Positions 1 to 12,039 of a stretch of DNA of 61,981 nucleotides are shown here, piece after piece (the stretch's first letter is position 1; every line of letters starts with the position of its first letter). Origin of the DNA: Cirrosporium novae-zelandiae. Its lineage: Eukaryota. The position numbers were made by a program, and so were the translations under genes. The DNA lies in contig JAPETS010000075.1 of assembly GCA_026023565.1 (NCBI GenBank), positions 1-61,981 of the forward strand. The letters run 5' to 3'. Below the pieces are notes generated by a model. That model did not search any database, was not told the DNA's origin, and saw only the letters and a list, made by a program, of their open reading frames with translations.

Positions 1-919
1 GTAAGATGTGTAAAAGAGACAGGGGGGGGGGAATAAAAAGAGCGAGAGTCAAAGGAACAGACCAAGCAGCCAACAAAAAAAGTTAACAAACCAACAAAGC
101 CAACCAAGTTTACTTTTGAAATTTGATTCCCGATGACTCCGGAAGGTACCACGGTTCAGTTTTTTTTTTCCTTTCAATACGTACAGTACCAAATGACAAG
201 AGGCCACAAGAACTTGTTGCCTTGGTGCCTACCTGAAAAGGGTTTAGGTGAATTTGAATTTTAAGCCGAGGGGATCCATGGGGAGGGGCTCGGGGGTGAC
301 GGGAAGTTATTGGGGGGCCTTTTGGGCTTTCTTAACCCCGTATTTCCGTATTTCGGGGGCCTGAAGTCTTGGAAACTCTCCATCAATACCATCAATGCGT
401 ACAATCAGCTCCTACCATTGGTGAACGTGTCTCTTTATGTCTCTCCGTGTCTTTATTTCTTTCATTCAAATCAATACACTCAAACATACTACGTACACTC
501 AAACACTATCCCAATTACATGATTTAGGGTTTAGGGCTCTGTCCACTCAAACCCCATTAAATTACCTAATCTAGTGTCTCTCCCTAGACCGACTCTCCTT
601 TTTAATAATTACTTTAATATCTCAATAATCTCACATTATTTAGAGGTTTACAACACTCTAAGTTCATATAATGTTGAACCTGATTTTGTCATCATAGAAT
701 TTCATATCATGGCGTTGACCTCATTCGATCATCATCAGAGGAACATCTTCCCGTTCCATTGCAAACTTTGAAATGCTCCACTCTAGGAATGATCTCTTCT
801 TTTCATCTCCTCATCTCTTTTTCCTGTAGGTCTTGGATACCTTCTAGAATCTATATATTTTCTTTCTATCCATCATCTTTTACTTTTCCTTTCCGTCTCG
901 GGATAAAATTAATTTGCCC

Positions 920-2778
920 ATGATGGAACACAAAGCGGGCAAAGATGCTTGCGCAAAAGCCATGGAACTCTACCTGGTGACAGACAATACCCCTGCCATT
1001 CTAGGTCAACGTCAATTAGTTAATGTTGTCACCAAGGCTCTCAAAGGAGGTGTGCATTTTCCAAATCTGTGACTTATTCCATCATGAACTTCTTTTGACC
1101 CCGCACCAGGAGTTACTTGCGTTCAACTCCGAGACAAAACCAGTGAAACAATTGACATGATTAGCATGGCAAAGAAGCTACATGCTGTGACGAAGCAATT
1201 CAATGTTCCTCTACTAATTAATGATCGGGTTGATGTTGCGCTGGCTGCTGGTGCAGATGGTGTTCATATTGGGCAAGATGATATAGGTCAGTGTTCTATT
1301 TCTTTCCACATGCATCATTCTCGAAGTTGTGTAGCTAATCTAATGCATTAAAAACAAACAGATCTCAAAACCGCCCGAAAGCTACTGGGTGACAAAGCAA
1401 TAATCGGAGTGACAGTATGCAGCAACGCTGAGGCTCAAAAAGCAGTCGAAGGAGGTGCTAATTACGTCGGAATTGGCACCATGTTCGCCACGCCAACGTC
1501 TGTCTCAATCTGTCCCTAAATCCAAACCCAAACCCCTTTCTAGCTAACCCCTCCAACACAGAAAGGAAAACACCAAATCCGTTATCGGCACCGCCGGTAC
1601 TAGAGATATCCTGACCTTCCTCGGTGAAGTAGGTCCAAAGCTGGCTACCGTAGCTATTGGGGGAATCAACGCTTCCAACATCCAACGAGTGATATATCAA
1701 TCCAAATCCCCATCCCAGGGCTTGGATGGCGTGGCGGTCGTGAGTGCCATTGTAGGAGCCAAAGATGCCGAGGCCGCCTCCGCAGAGCTGAAGAAGCTCC
1801 TCGAAACACCCCCTGCATTCATCCACTGGGACAGCTCTACCGCTACCACCAAAGACCTCCAGCAACTCCTGAACGCCATTCCCTCGATAGTGAAACGAGT
1901 GGTAGATACCACCCCACTAACCCACAACATGACCAACACAGTCGTCCAGAACTTTTCTGCCAACGTCGCTCTAGCCATGTACGTGCACACATACATGGAT
2001 TACCCCCACCCCCACCTTCACTCCACACTAACCTCCCTCCTTCCCCTACAGCGGCGCCAGCCCCATCATGTCCACAGCCCCCAACGAGGCTGCCGACCTG
2101 GCCGCTCTAAACGGCGGCCTCCTAATAAACATGGGCACCCTAACAACTACAACCCGAGCGGCCTACACCACAGCCCTAAAAGCCTACAACACGGCCGGCA
2201 ACCCCGTAGTCTTCGACCCCGTCGGTGCCGGCGCCACAACCCTACGCCGCACCACCGTGAAACACCTCATGTCCAGCGGCTACTTCACGGTCATCAAAGG
2301 CAATTCGAACGAAATCCTCACCGTCGCAGACCCCACCGAGCACCAAGCCCAACAACGCGGTGTCGACAGCACACCCCACGACCCAACCACAAACCTAAAC
2401 AAAACCGCCACCGTCATCAAATCCCTCGCCCAAAAAGAACGCACCACGATCCTCATGACCGGCGCCATCGACATCCTCAGCAACGGCACCCTAACCCTCG
2501 CCATAAAAAACGGTCATGAATATCTCGGTCTCATTACTGGTAGTGGCTGCGCGCTCGGAACCGTCATCGCTGCGTTTCTAGCCGTGTGTCCCGAGGACCC
2601 GCTCCTGGCCACCTTGGCGGCGGTTCTGCTTTTTGAAATCGCAGCTGAGAACGCTGTGGGCAGAGCGGATGTTATGGGACCAGGGACTTTTGTGCCAGCG
2701 TTTTTGGATTGCTTGTATGGCCTCACGAGGAAGGGGGTGAGGGGAGAGGATGCTAAGGTTGAGGTTTTGGATATGTGA
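920..2778 (+). CDS. THI6: Bifunctional thiamine-phosphate synthase / hydroxyethylthiazole kinase (5 exons)
   Basis: ATG at 920 (MMEHKAG..LYLVTD). ThiE motifs VQLRDK, LLINDRVDVALAAGADGVHIGQDD, VAIGGIN, GVAVVSAI; ThiM motifs HNMTNTVVQNFSANVALA, VFDPVGAGAT, ITGSGCALG. Introns about 1050-1109, 1287-1361, 1498-1561, 1979-2051. Confidence 0.95.
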
Positions 2779-2826
2779 AGGGGGTTGGAAGGTGAGGGGT
2801 GGCAGGAGGGAATTATATACACATGA

Positions 2827-2868
2827 GATGATGATGATGATTCATTTTATTGTCTGCATGTACGCTTC
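2827..2868 (-). mobile_element. Putative LINE/SINE 3' tail remnant, copy 1
   Basis: Minus strand reads GCGTACATGCAGAC-AATAAA-ATGAAT-(CAT)n; a near-identical motif occurs at 24433-24484 and partly at ~17000-17050. Confidence 0.4.
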
Positions 2869-3292
2869 TAACACGTGAAGATGAGTTCTTTACCATATAC
2901 ACGCACAACGCACGCCAGCACTTTAGGGGGTGAAATAGAATAAAGCAGAGTTTAGATATATTCCCATTTCTCGATTCTTTGAATCCTAGCCTTAAAAAAC
3001 TCTCCTGTCGATCTTCGACTAAAACGAGAACGGTATTACATATCTCCTTTTTTCTTTTCTTTTTTTTTTTTGATACTTGTATAGGACAGTAGGTAGATAA
3101 ATATATAGTTATATTCTATATATCTATAACCAGCACTCCAACCCCCTTCCTCATCCCCCTCCGGTTCATTCATTCACTCTTTTTTTTTAAAAAAAAAAAG
3201 AGGAAAAGAAAAGGGGTTATGGATTTATGGATTTATTATGGTGGAGGAGAGGGAGGAAGAGGTGGAAGAGGGAGGAGGGTATGGTTGGATAT

Positions 3293-3616
3293 GAATGGAT
3301 GGATGGATGGATGGATGAATAGATGGTCTACTAGTAGTAGTAGTGGTAGTAGTAGTAGTGAAAAGAGGATATCCATACACCCGTACACACGCACACGTTA
3401 GTACTTCTAGATTCAATAGAAACAAAAAAAAAAAACAAAAAACCTCCATTTAGAAATATCTCTTATTTCCTATTTCCTGATTCTTGATTCTCGATTTGGA
3501 TTTCTTGATCCCCCCCCCCTCTTCCCCCATACTTGACTTGAAAATTCTCCTTTTTTTAAAAAAAAAAAAATCTTTGATGGGGACGGGAATGGGAATGGGA
3601 ATGGGAATGGGAATGG
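3293..3616. repeat. Microsatellite cluster: (GATG)n, (TAG)n, (GGGAAT)n, A/T/C homopolymers
   Basis: Directly visible tandem repeats between the convergent THI6 and isochorismatase genes. Confidence 0.85.
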
Positions 3617-3903
3617 TTATACATATCTCCTCTCCTTCTTTTTCTTCGTGTTTAGGGTTATGCTTATGTGTAGAGGTGGTGGGGATTGGTTGTGTGTGTG
3701 TAATCCGTTATGTGTAGATGTAGTTGTAGATATTGTTGTTGTTGTCGTGTTTAGATGTAGCTATAGATGTGAACACACACACACGCACACACAATCCCCT
3801 AACCCGAGGAAATAGCCATTCCAACATTCATAATCCCCCCATCCCCACCTCACCACCTCAACCCATACCAACCCCTTCAATCCCATCTCCCACACCAAAA
3901 AAA

Positions 3904-5326
3904 TCACATCTTACACAAAGCCTGCAAGCTCTCCTTGGTAGATTCCTTAGTCTCCTTGACCAATTTTGCAATATCTCGGAATCTATAAATCCCCGACGAA
4001 GTGGATTTGGGGTTTGGTTAGCCTAGCTGTTTGGATTCGATGAAGATGGGGAGAGAGAAAAATAAAATAAAAAATTTAAAATAGGGAGAGAGAAAGAAGG
4101 GAAAAAAGGCTAGACGAAACCAACTCATCCAAAAAAGAAAAAGAAAAAGAAAAAGAAGAAAAAGGGGAAAGGGAGGAAGGAAGTCAGTCAAAAAAAAAAC
4201 ACTCACTCCTTAATATCTGCATCCCCCATAACCTCATACAAAAACCCCTCACTACTAACAACCCTCGCCCCCTCCCCCCTCAACCTCTCCAACGCAACCC
4301 CCCTCTCCTCCCCGTTACAACTACTAACCCCATCCGCAATCACATAAACCCTATGCCCCCTCCCCAAAAGATCCAAAGTCGTTTGCGTAACGCAAATGTG
4401 GGTTTCGATACCTACGATGGCGATGGTGGATTTGGGAGGGAGGAGGGAGAGGAGGAGCGGGGTGCACATGGAGAATAGGGTTTTGTCGGTGTGGATTTGG
4501 GTTGGGTAGGTGGTGTCGAGGTGGAGGTCAGCGCAGGTTGGACCGAGGCGGGAGCGGTTTTGGGTTGTGGCGTAGATGGGGATTTGGAGGATTTGGCCTA
4601 TGGGGAAAGGGGGGTGGGTTAGGGTGGTCGGGTGGGAAAGGAAAGAGGGGAACTTACTTGCTCGGAGAAGCTTTTGCGTCGTTGCGATCCTGGAGGAATT
4701 AGATGATGATGACGATAATAATGATGATAATGAAAATAAGCAACAAGTCATTTTGTCCGTCCCCATCCATCCGCCACCAGTGGCTTCTTTTTTTTTCTCA
4801 GAGAGAGCTAGCAGGTAGATAACAGATACATATATATATATATATATCCAAACCCACAGCAAACAAAGCACCCAACAACAGCAAAGAAAAAAAAGAAAAA
4901 AGAAAAGGGTTCCATATAACATACACCTTAGGAAACTCCCATATCGCCGGCCGGAATTTTTCTTGCAGGTCACAGATACTATATTTTTCAAAAACGGGTT
5001 AGTTTTTTTTTCTGTTTAATTGATTCTTTTTTTTCTCCTTGATTTGAAGTGATGGGGTTCAGGTGGTGAATGGTGGTTGGTGGTTGGTGGTGGTTGTGGT
5101 AAGGATTGTTGATATATAACGTACAAGAGTGCGAGATTAGCTAGATACACACGCACGCGGAGAGGGGTGAATATTAGCCAGCTTCTCTTTCTTTTTTTTT
5201 GTTTTTCTTTTTTAGTCTTAATTCGAATCCATGTAAATAGAAGGGGGAAGATAAATGGGTAGAGCAGGGTAGAGTAAGGGAGGTTGCGTTCGGGGAAGAT
5301 AACATACTCAAACGTCTAGTTGCCAT
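3904..5326 (-). CDS. Isochorismatase-family (YcaC/ISOC-like) cysteine hydrolase, about 6 exons
   Basis: Spliced product MATRRL/TNLALF/ICDLQEKFRPAIWEFPKV/IATTQKLLRAS/..TTQNRSRLGPT..DKTLFSM..VGIETHICVTQTTLDLL..ADGVSS..LYEVMGDA/FRDIAKLVKE..LCKM*. ATG at 5326 is followed by a GTATGT donor; TGA at 3904-3906. Confidence 0.9.
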
Positions 5327-6065
5327 TGCTCTATTTTTGCTATAGGTGTCAATTTAGGGGGCTTTCCAGGAAAAATGCTTGAGCTTGAATGTGCAACACA
5401 AGAACAGCAAGGTGATGAAGATGGTGATGGATCAATTGATGTGATAAACAGGAAGCCGGGGAAATAACTTGTTAGAGCGGGGTTAATTCCGCCGGGCCGT
5501 GGGGTCGGAGCCGGGGGGACTAGTGCAATTGTGAATTGTGGTGGTACGTGTGGTTACTCTACTTTGTATTGGGAATCTCGGAACCGGAACGCGGGGAGCC
5601 AACTACCCAGGTAGATAGTCTACCCAGATGCTGTAATTAGTATACCTTGAGCATACACTACTCTCACTACTAAAAGCACGCCCTGTGTACTAGTTCCCCG
5701 AGGTCTGCTTTAGTGATCTCATCCAGGTATAATTATCTAGATGCATATATACCCAAGGTAGTACAGTACATGCAACCCATAACAATGCAATCATCATCGA
5801 ATCTTGCTTTAATTGCTGATCCGAACTGCGAGCCTACAATACATGCAGACCAGCTGGCATAGTGTTTTGCTGCTATTTGCCTGCCTACGCATAAACATTT
5901 CATAACGTAGGCGCCTGTTTCGCCAAAATTTTCCCATAATTCCTTTCCCTTCAACCCCATTCACCCCAGAAGCAAATCATGTGGGTTGCTACCAAATCCT
6001 CCTCCGGGAAGTGAAATGAGGTAGGTAAACGCCCGGCTCCTGGAGATTCAATCCAAACGAACTAC

Positions 6066-7907
6066 TCATTCAGCCCATGCCGTGCTCGCAGCCTTCTTCT
6101 CCTGGCCAGGGTTCATCCAGCTAAAAGCAGAAGCTCCGCCGACAGGATTAGCAGATCGAGTTTTGCTGGTACTAATCTGCGACTCTTTCGACTGGGAAAC
6201 AGATTCTCCGGAAGAGGACCGGCCAGACGGATGTCTGTAAATCTGGTTTTCACCATCGCTGCCATGAAAGGTCTTTTGATTATTCTCAGGAAAACGCGAG
6301 TTGACACTATCGGGCGCAGTCTGCAAGTTTGAAATTGGTTTGGTGATACTCGATGACCCTGTCCTGGTAGGCTTAAGTACTTTCATGTTCCGAGTTCGAT
6401 TTGACCTTTCGAATCCGGATGACCCAGAAGGATCTTTCGCCGGGTTGGAGTCACGTCTCCACCAGATGTTGTTGCTGGATCCTTGACGACTAGACGGTCC
6501 GTATAGCTGTCGTCGCTCCGCCCGAGGTTTGTATCCCACGGGTGAAGGAGATCCAGGTTCACTTTCATGACCATCCTGAGACCGTTCTGCTGATAGCTTT
6601 TGTTGGCCATGGTTAAAATTCATGAGCACGGTTTTAAGGGCACGGATACCTGATGATGGCTCTATAGGCAGTTTCTCCATTTCAGAATCCACTTTGGCTG
6701 GGGATGAAGGAGACTTTTCAGTATCGGACATATCCACATTTCTAGCTTCAGTTACAGCAAGCTTCTTTGCTAGATTACTTTCCTCCGTCTGAAGAGGAAC
6801 CGTGGTGGTGAAGATATTCTTGAAAAGGGCATCATCGTCTGGGCGCACCAAAGGCATTGCCAATTTGTTGCTGTCATCATCGTAGAGCGTTAGTTTATCT
6901 TGCGAGAAGAGAATATCGGTATTATGTTCCCGAAGGACATCACTGCCGAGGAAAATCTGAATAGATTTATCTTCAGGATCTGAATGTTGAATAGTAAAGT
7001 TCACCGTCAGAGCAGGAACTTGTGGCTGTGCCGGGCTACTTGAACGAGATGAGGATTGCTGAACAGTAGCTTCCGGAAGATAAACTGCTAGCTTAATCTT
7101 CTCGACACCCCCCTCTCCTTTGACAACTTGATCTTTGACATTCAACTGGTCAATCAGGCGAGAATCCAATATTGAAGTGTAGGAACCCGTACAGCAAACA
7201 GCATATAGCAAGGTATCTTTTGAAAAGTGAGTGCTCAGCCAGCATTTGATAATGCATGGTGCGGGCCCGAGTATGAAAAATCCAGGTGGGGGGCCAAGGG
7301 GCACCAAAGGCGAACTGGTCCGTTGACTCAGAATCCGACTAGTTTCGTAGCCAATGCTGTTGGATCTAGCAGAGTAGGTTGACTGTCCTGCAGAGCTCTG
7401 CCTCCCATCGGATTTGTGAGAGAGTGATCGTTCGGTTAGGGGAAGGCTAAATGCGGAATTGGAGCGAAAAGGCAAAAAGTCACCAGAAGATCTAGTGAGA
7501 TGGCCATGCATAGCGGTTTCGTCAAATCGAACACTGTTTGCTCGAGATGCACCACGTCTTGGTTCATCGTCATTGTCAATGGTCGAACTTCCTAGTAAAC
7601 CTTGCTGTTCTTGATCAAAATTTTTAAAAGCTTCAGCAGCGGGATTATACCCTGGCTCTAAACCATGTTAGTTTCAATAGATACAATGACCAAAGGAACC
7701 ATGCTTGCCTGGTTGGGGGGTACCTCCTAGACCTGATGGAAATCCAGCGGAACCACCCCAAGGTCTCGCCCTAGTATCGTCGCCTTGCCGCCGTTCCAAC
7801 CGTGCTAGACGGTCCGAGTGCTCCGCCTGGATTGCGTATATATTCTTCATTTGAGATTGCAAGCGCCATATATCATCTTTGGAAGGGTAACTTGTTTGCG
7901 ACTCCAT
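6066..7907 (-). CDS. Uncharacterised fungal protein with N-terminal coiled coil and retropepsin-like domain (2 exons)
   Basis: ORF 7674-7907 (MESQ..HSDRLARLERRQ) joins the long downstream frame through an intron at ~7650-7710 (GTAAGC donor, CTAAC branch). Folded core LLYAVCCTGSYTSIL...IFLGSDVL lies amid Ser-rich disorder. Confidence 0.8.
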
Positions 7908-9209
7908 CCCCAGATTCCACTCCGGCCTTTCTTAGAGCCACCGAGATATCGGCCAAGTGTATGGTGGCATTAGACGGATATCGCCGACAGCTGCGAAGAG
8001 GGGGATACTGTAACAATATGACACTTTTTTAATAACGCTGGCCTTATTTTGCCTTTCTAGCGTAACAGGAAGGGTCTGATCGGTTCCAGTGTATCCTCCT
8101 CCCCACGCCGGACACACACGGCCGAGGCCGCGGATCGCCTAGAATGGCTGAGCTAGGGTTTGGGGGGGATCAAATGTAGATCAGTGGTATTGGAGAACAC
8201 TGTTGTGTATAAAATAAAGGACGACGGAGGTTCTTAGATAGGTACGGCGAAGGCGAAAAGTGTGAGCTAGGCGTAGGTCCAGAGAATAAATGCAAAGGTT
8301 TAGGTGATTGTATGAACGGCCAAGTGGATAATAAAGTCAGAGTGAATGACAAAGGTCAACTAATACGAGCTTTTCAGCTGGGTGGGAAGGGCGTAAAATA
8401 GTAGGAGAGTGGTATAGTAGGTGGTATAGTAGGTGGTATAATGGATGGGAGAATGTTCGCTTGAAATCTCTCTCCAGGTGAGACCAAGGAAAGTGGTTTG
8501 GTCTGGAATATTCGTTTTGACTCGGATAATAGCCAGAAAGGAGTGTATAAATTTATAGGATGCCTAGAGATCTCTAGGATTACAACAAGAAGAGACAATG
8601 GGGTGTTAATTGTAGATTTGTAGACGACAAGTTCAAGTTCTTAAAGGTTGAACGTAGGGGTTACTGTGCGGCATGCTATGAAATGTGATGCGAATGGACC
8701 ATTACACAATCCGAGACAATTTACTTCCTGCTATTGGAGGTTCGGTCTACTTAACACCTTATTAACACGGGGGGTCGGAGATAAAAGTATCATTGCAAAA
8801 CAAATCCTCAACCGAATATATTGCATAACCCCGGACTCTTGGCCACCCATTACCTTTAGTCTACATAACTACTCTTTCATCACTTCGCTGTGGAATTCTT
8901 TTCATCATACTTTTGGTCGATCCAAAGGCTGTACTGTACATGTACATAGTAAAACATTTTATAAGTCTTTTGATTGCCGACTGGGGTCTATCACCTAGCC
9001 GACGCCTATCAACAACGACCCCGCCAGAGATCACTTCCTCTAAGATGCATTCAAGAAACTATTCTACTTGATCATCAGAAGATCATCGCACGCGTGTCTA
9101 GCTAGAATATGTCCATCGAGATTCACCGCAATCCCTAAAGTCAAACATCTCCGAAGTTGAGCACCATTACGTGAGAAGCTAGGGGATTCATTCTCAATCG
9201 GCATGCTGT

Positions 9210-10382
9210 CTAATTGTAAGGGATTGTTGGAGCCGTCCGCCATTCTGGAAGCGGCATCTCTAGCTTATCCGGCATCTGATCTGGCCATTCTTTCTCAATT
9301 GACTTCATCAGCTCCTCGTAAAGGATCTTATATCCAGGTCCATCAAAATGAAGTCCTGGTAGAGTTTCCCTTAGCAAGGCTTCATCATATTTGGTGGAAA
9401 CGTGCGCTCACCGTCTAGAAGAAGCTCCCTGAGTACAGAATTTGGTGGGCACTCCTTGGATCCGACCAACGGCTCCCCTTCCTTCCATCCTGCTTTGGTC
9501 ATGAAGGCTGTCCAGGTATCAACCACTGGCACATTTAATTCCTTTGCTACCTTTCTAGTCATCTCTGCATATATTTTTGCGTTAGCTGCAGTGCGACGAA
9601 GCTCAGTATAACCTTTCTCGCGATCATTGATCTCTTGTTGATACTCGTCGATTGGTCCAGGCGTAATGAGAATGATTCGGGGTTCATGAGCTTTCACAAG
9701 AGGATGTTGTGCGATACTGATCAAATTATCACGATAGTGTTCTAGTGACACATACTGCCTGTCTTTTACGTCTGGTAAAACAGCATCATTGGCCCCGAAG
9801 AAAACGGTCTATGGATAATCTTAGCATGGCCTCTAGCCTCAAAGACGTTTGAACATGTTAGATGTTCCAGAACAGTAGAAATACAGCGGTCACCGTCTTG
9901 ACAAGCAAATCCATAGAAATCACATCTTGTATTACTCACCAAAAATCGTACTTTGCCTTGCTCGGGAGTGGGGAAGAATTTCGGAAGCGCAACCAAGGCC
10001 TGTGCAGAATTGTATCCGCTTCTTAGATCAGCTTAACGTATCTACAGGCGGAAAAAATCCAGGCTACCTGAATCCCCTGTTGACCACATCGAGACACCTA
10101 ATATAGGCTAACCAAGACGTTCAAAGTTAGCGATGTCGAATTATTCCGTAGGGAAAGACAGGACTAGTGTGGGGATGGAAAACGGGAAGAGAAGAGCCAA
10201 TAATATAAGTACCATATCGAAGAACACAGCCGAAAGGAAAACCCCGTTCAATGTTTTCAGAGAACTGGGTGATTGAATCCCCAAAGATTATGAACTGATC
10301 TAAAGGAGCCTGCTTGCACATTAACACAAGAACATATTGAAGAGAAGTAATGACTCAAGAAAAAGGCTCATTTTGATACCAT
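9210..10382 (-). CDS. IAH1: SGNH/GDSL esterase, isoamyl-acetate-hydrolysing esterase family (multi-exon)
   Basis: Blocks FGDSITQ, VVNRGFSGYNS, FFGANDA, LLDG/LHF. Probable start is a lone ATG at 10382 followed by an intron; TAG at 9210-9212. Confidence 0.88.
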
Positions 10383-10664
10383 TGTCAGGGTTGAATTGAA
10401 TTAAATCGCTGAAAAAGATGACCTCAAAGCACTCTGGGAAATATTATGTTGATCTAAAAGTAAAGAGACTCGAATGAAAGAGTAGATTATATATAAGCTT
10501 GAAAGTTTGCTGAGGTGAATGTGATTTTCTGGATAAGGTGGCCCCACCAGACAAACAATCAGTGAAATGTATGTAACATAGAGGAGAAATTCAGTTCATT
10601 GGCTAATGTTAGAGGGTAAATAACTTTTGGATGAAAATAGACATTTTGAATATGGAGAGATTAA

Positions 10665-10699
10665 GAGCCTCTTGAGAGCCTCTTGAGAGCCTCTTGAGA
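10665..10699. repeat. Three tandem copies of a 12-bp unit (AGAGCCTCTTGA)
   Basis: Directly visible upstream of IAH1. Confidence 0.8.
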
Positions 10700-12039
10700 A
10701 TGCCTTGCAAGGACTTAGTCTAACCTCGTCGGAATAATATTACTTTTGTAATGGTGACCTGTAAGGGACCCTCGGACCTTCAGCCCTGTGAACTGCAAGG
10801 GAACACAACAAGACAGGCAAGGGAACCTTTTGGACCCTGAACCTGAAAAAGGTTGTCCAAACCATCATGATTTTATAAACAATTTATATTTAATTATTTC
10901 CACGGTTGTTATCTTACATGGGAAGGGTGTCTGCAGATGGATGATCAAGGAAGATGCATGAAAAAACAATATGGAGATCCTTGGCAGAGAATTCGAATGA
11001 CTACTACTCGAGTATCTTTGTAGATCTATCATCCAACTACCCAAGTTATTGGTAGACAGTACTTGTCAGAGAATGACAATGATATCAAGGTATAACTGCT
11101 AAATGGCATGGCCTGGAGTTTAGTGGCAGAGGCTGGAGACTGTTTGTTTTGTCTAATCCATATTCGGTTAGATAGTTTGGTAAGTCAGTTGGACGCAATC
11201 AGATGAACAACCATCTCTGGGCACTGTGGGCACTGTGGACACTGTGGACACTTTCGGACTTTATGGTGGCATTTCTATCTACCTAGGCATTCTATTCTAT
11301 CCACACACCAGCTAGATCCCTACCAAAAAGAACCCTTAAATCCTCTTACGAAAATGAAATAAACTGAGCTTGAACTTTGCCTTTGACTGCCCACCCCCAT
11401 TATTGCACCATCGCACTATAATTCTACCATAATTCTACCATTATTAACCATTATTAACTACACCAACTACACCATCCACTATCACATTATCCACCCATCC
11501 ATCCATCCACCAGAAAACCTAATAGAGGAGAATCGCTGACCTTCAAAGCCCGTTCATTCCTTCTGACTGTGCTTTCGGTTTTCTGTCGTTCCCGCATATT
11601 TAACTCTCTTCTCCAGCTTTTTTCCAAACGTTAAAGATTCTTGCTGGTCTGATGATAACCCGGCCGGTGAAAAAAAATCGGAGGGGGCTAAGAAGGCTAT
11701 CTAACAACAGTACTTGGGTACGGGTACTCAATCAACTACCTGGCCTATATCTTGAACCAAACCCGACCAAATCAAATAACGCGGATCCCCAGAATCTTCC
11801 ATACAATCTCGTGGCCCTTCGTCCGTGAAAGATCCACACAATTTATTCATTCTTTCTTTTATCAACATCATTGTTCACTTCTTGATATTATTTCATGTCC
11901 TAACACTTCTTGGATCCCCAGGCTATTGTAGCCTACATCATGAACCAAGCTTTCTCTTCTCTTGCAGAGCTATACTAATATCAAGAGCCCGCCAGAACAT
12001 CACGTCATCTTCCAACATTCCTATAGTTCATTTACAAAC

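Noticed and set aside
523..536. Telomeric TTAGGG repeats (also the GGGTTCT/GGGTTAT arrays near 25900)
   Set aside because: Only two copies, or degenerate units; not a telomere tract.
130..920. TPP riboswitch upstream of or within THI6
   Set aside because: No CTGAGA plus GAACTTGAT..GATAAT..AGCG aptamer pattern is visible; known fungal TPP switches are in THI4, NMT1 and transporter introns.
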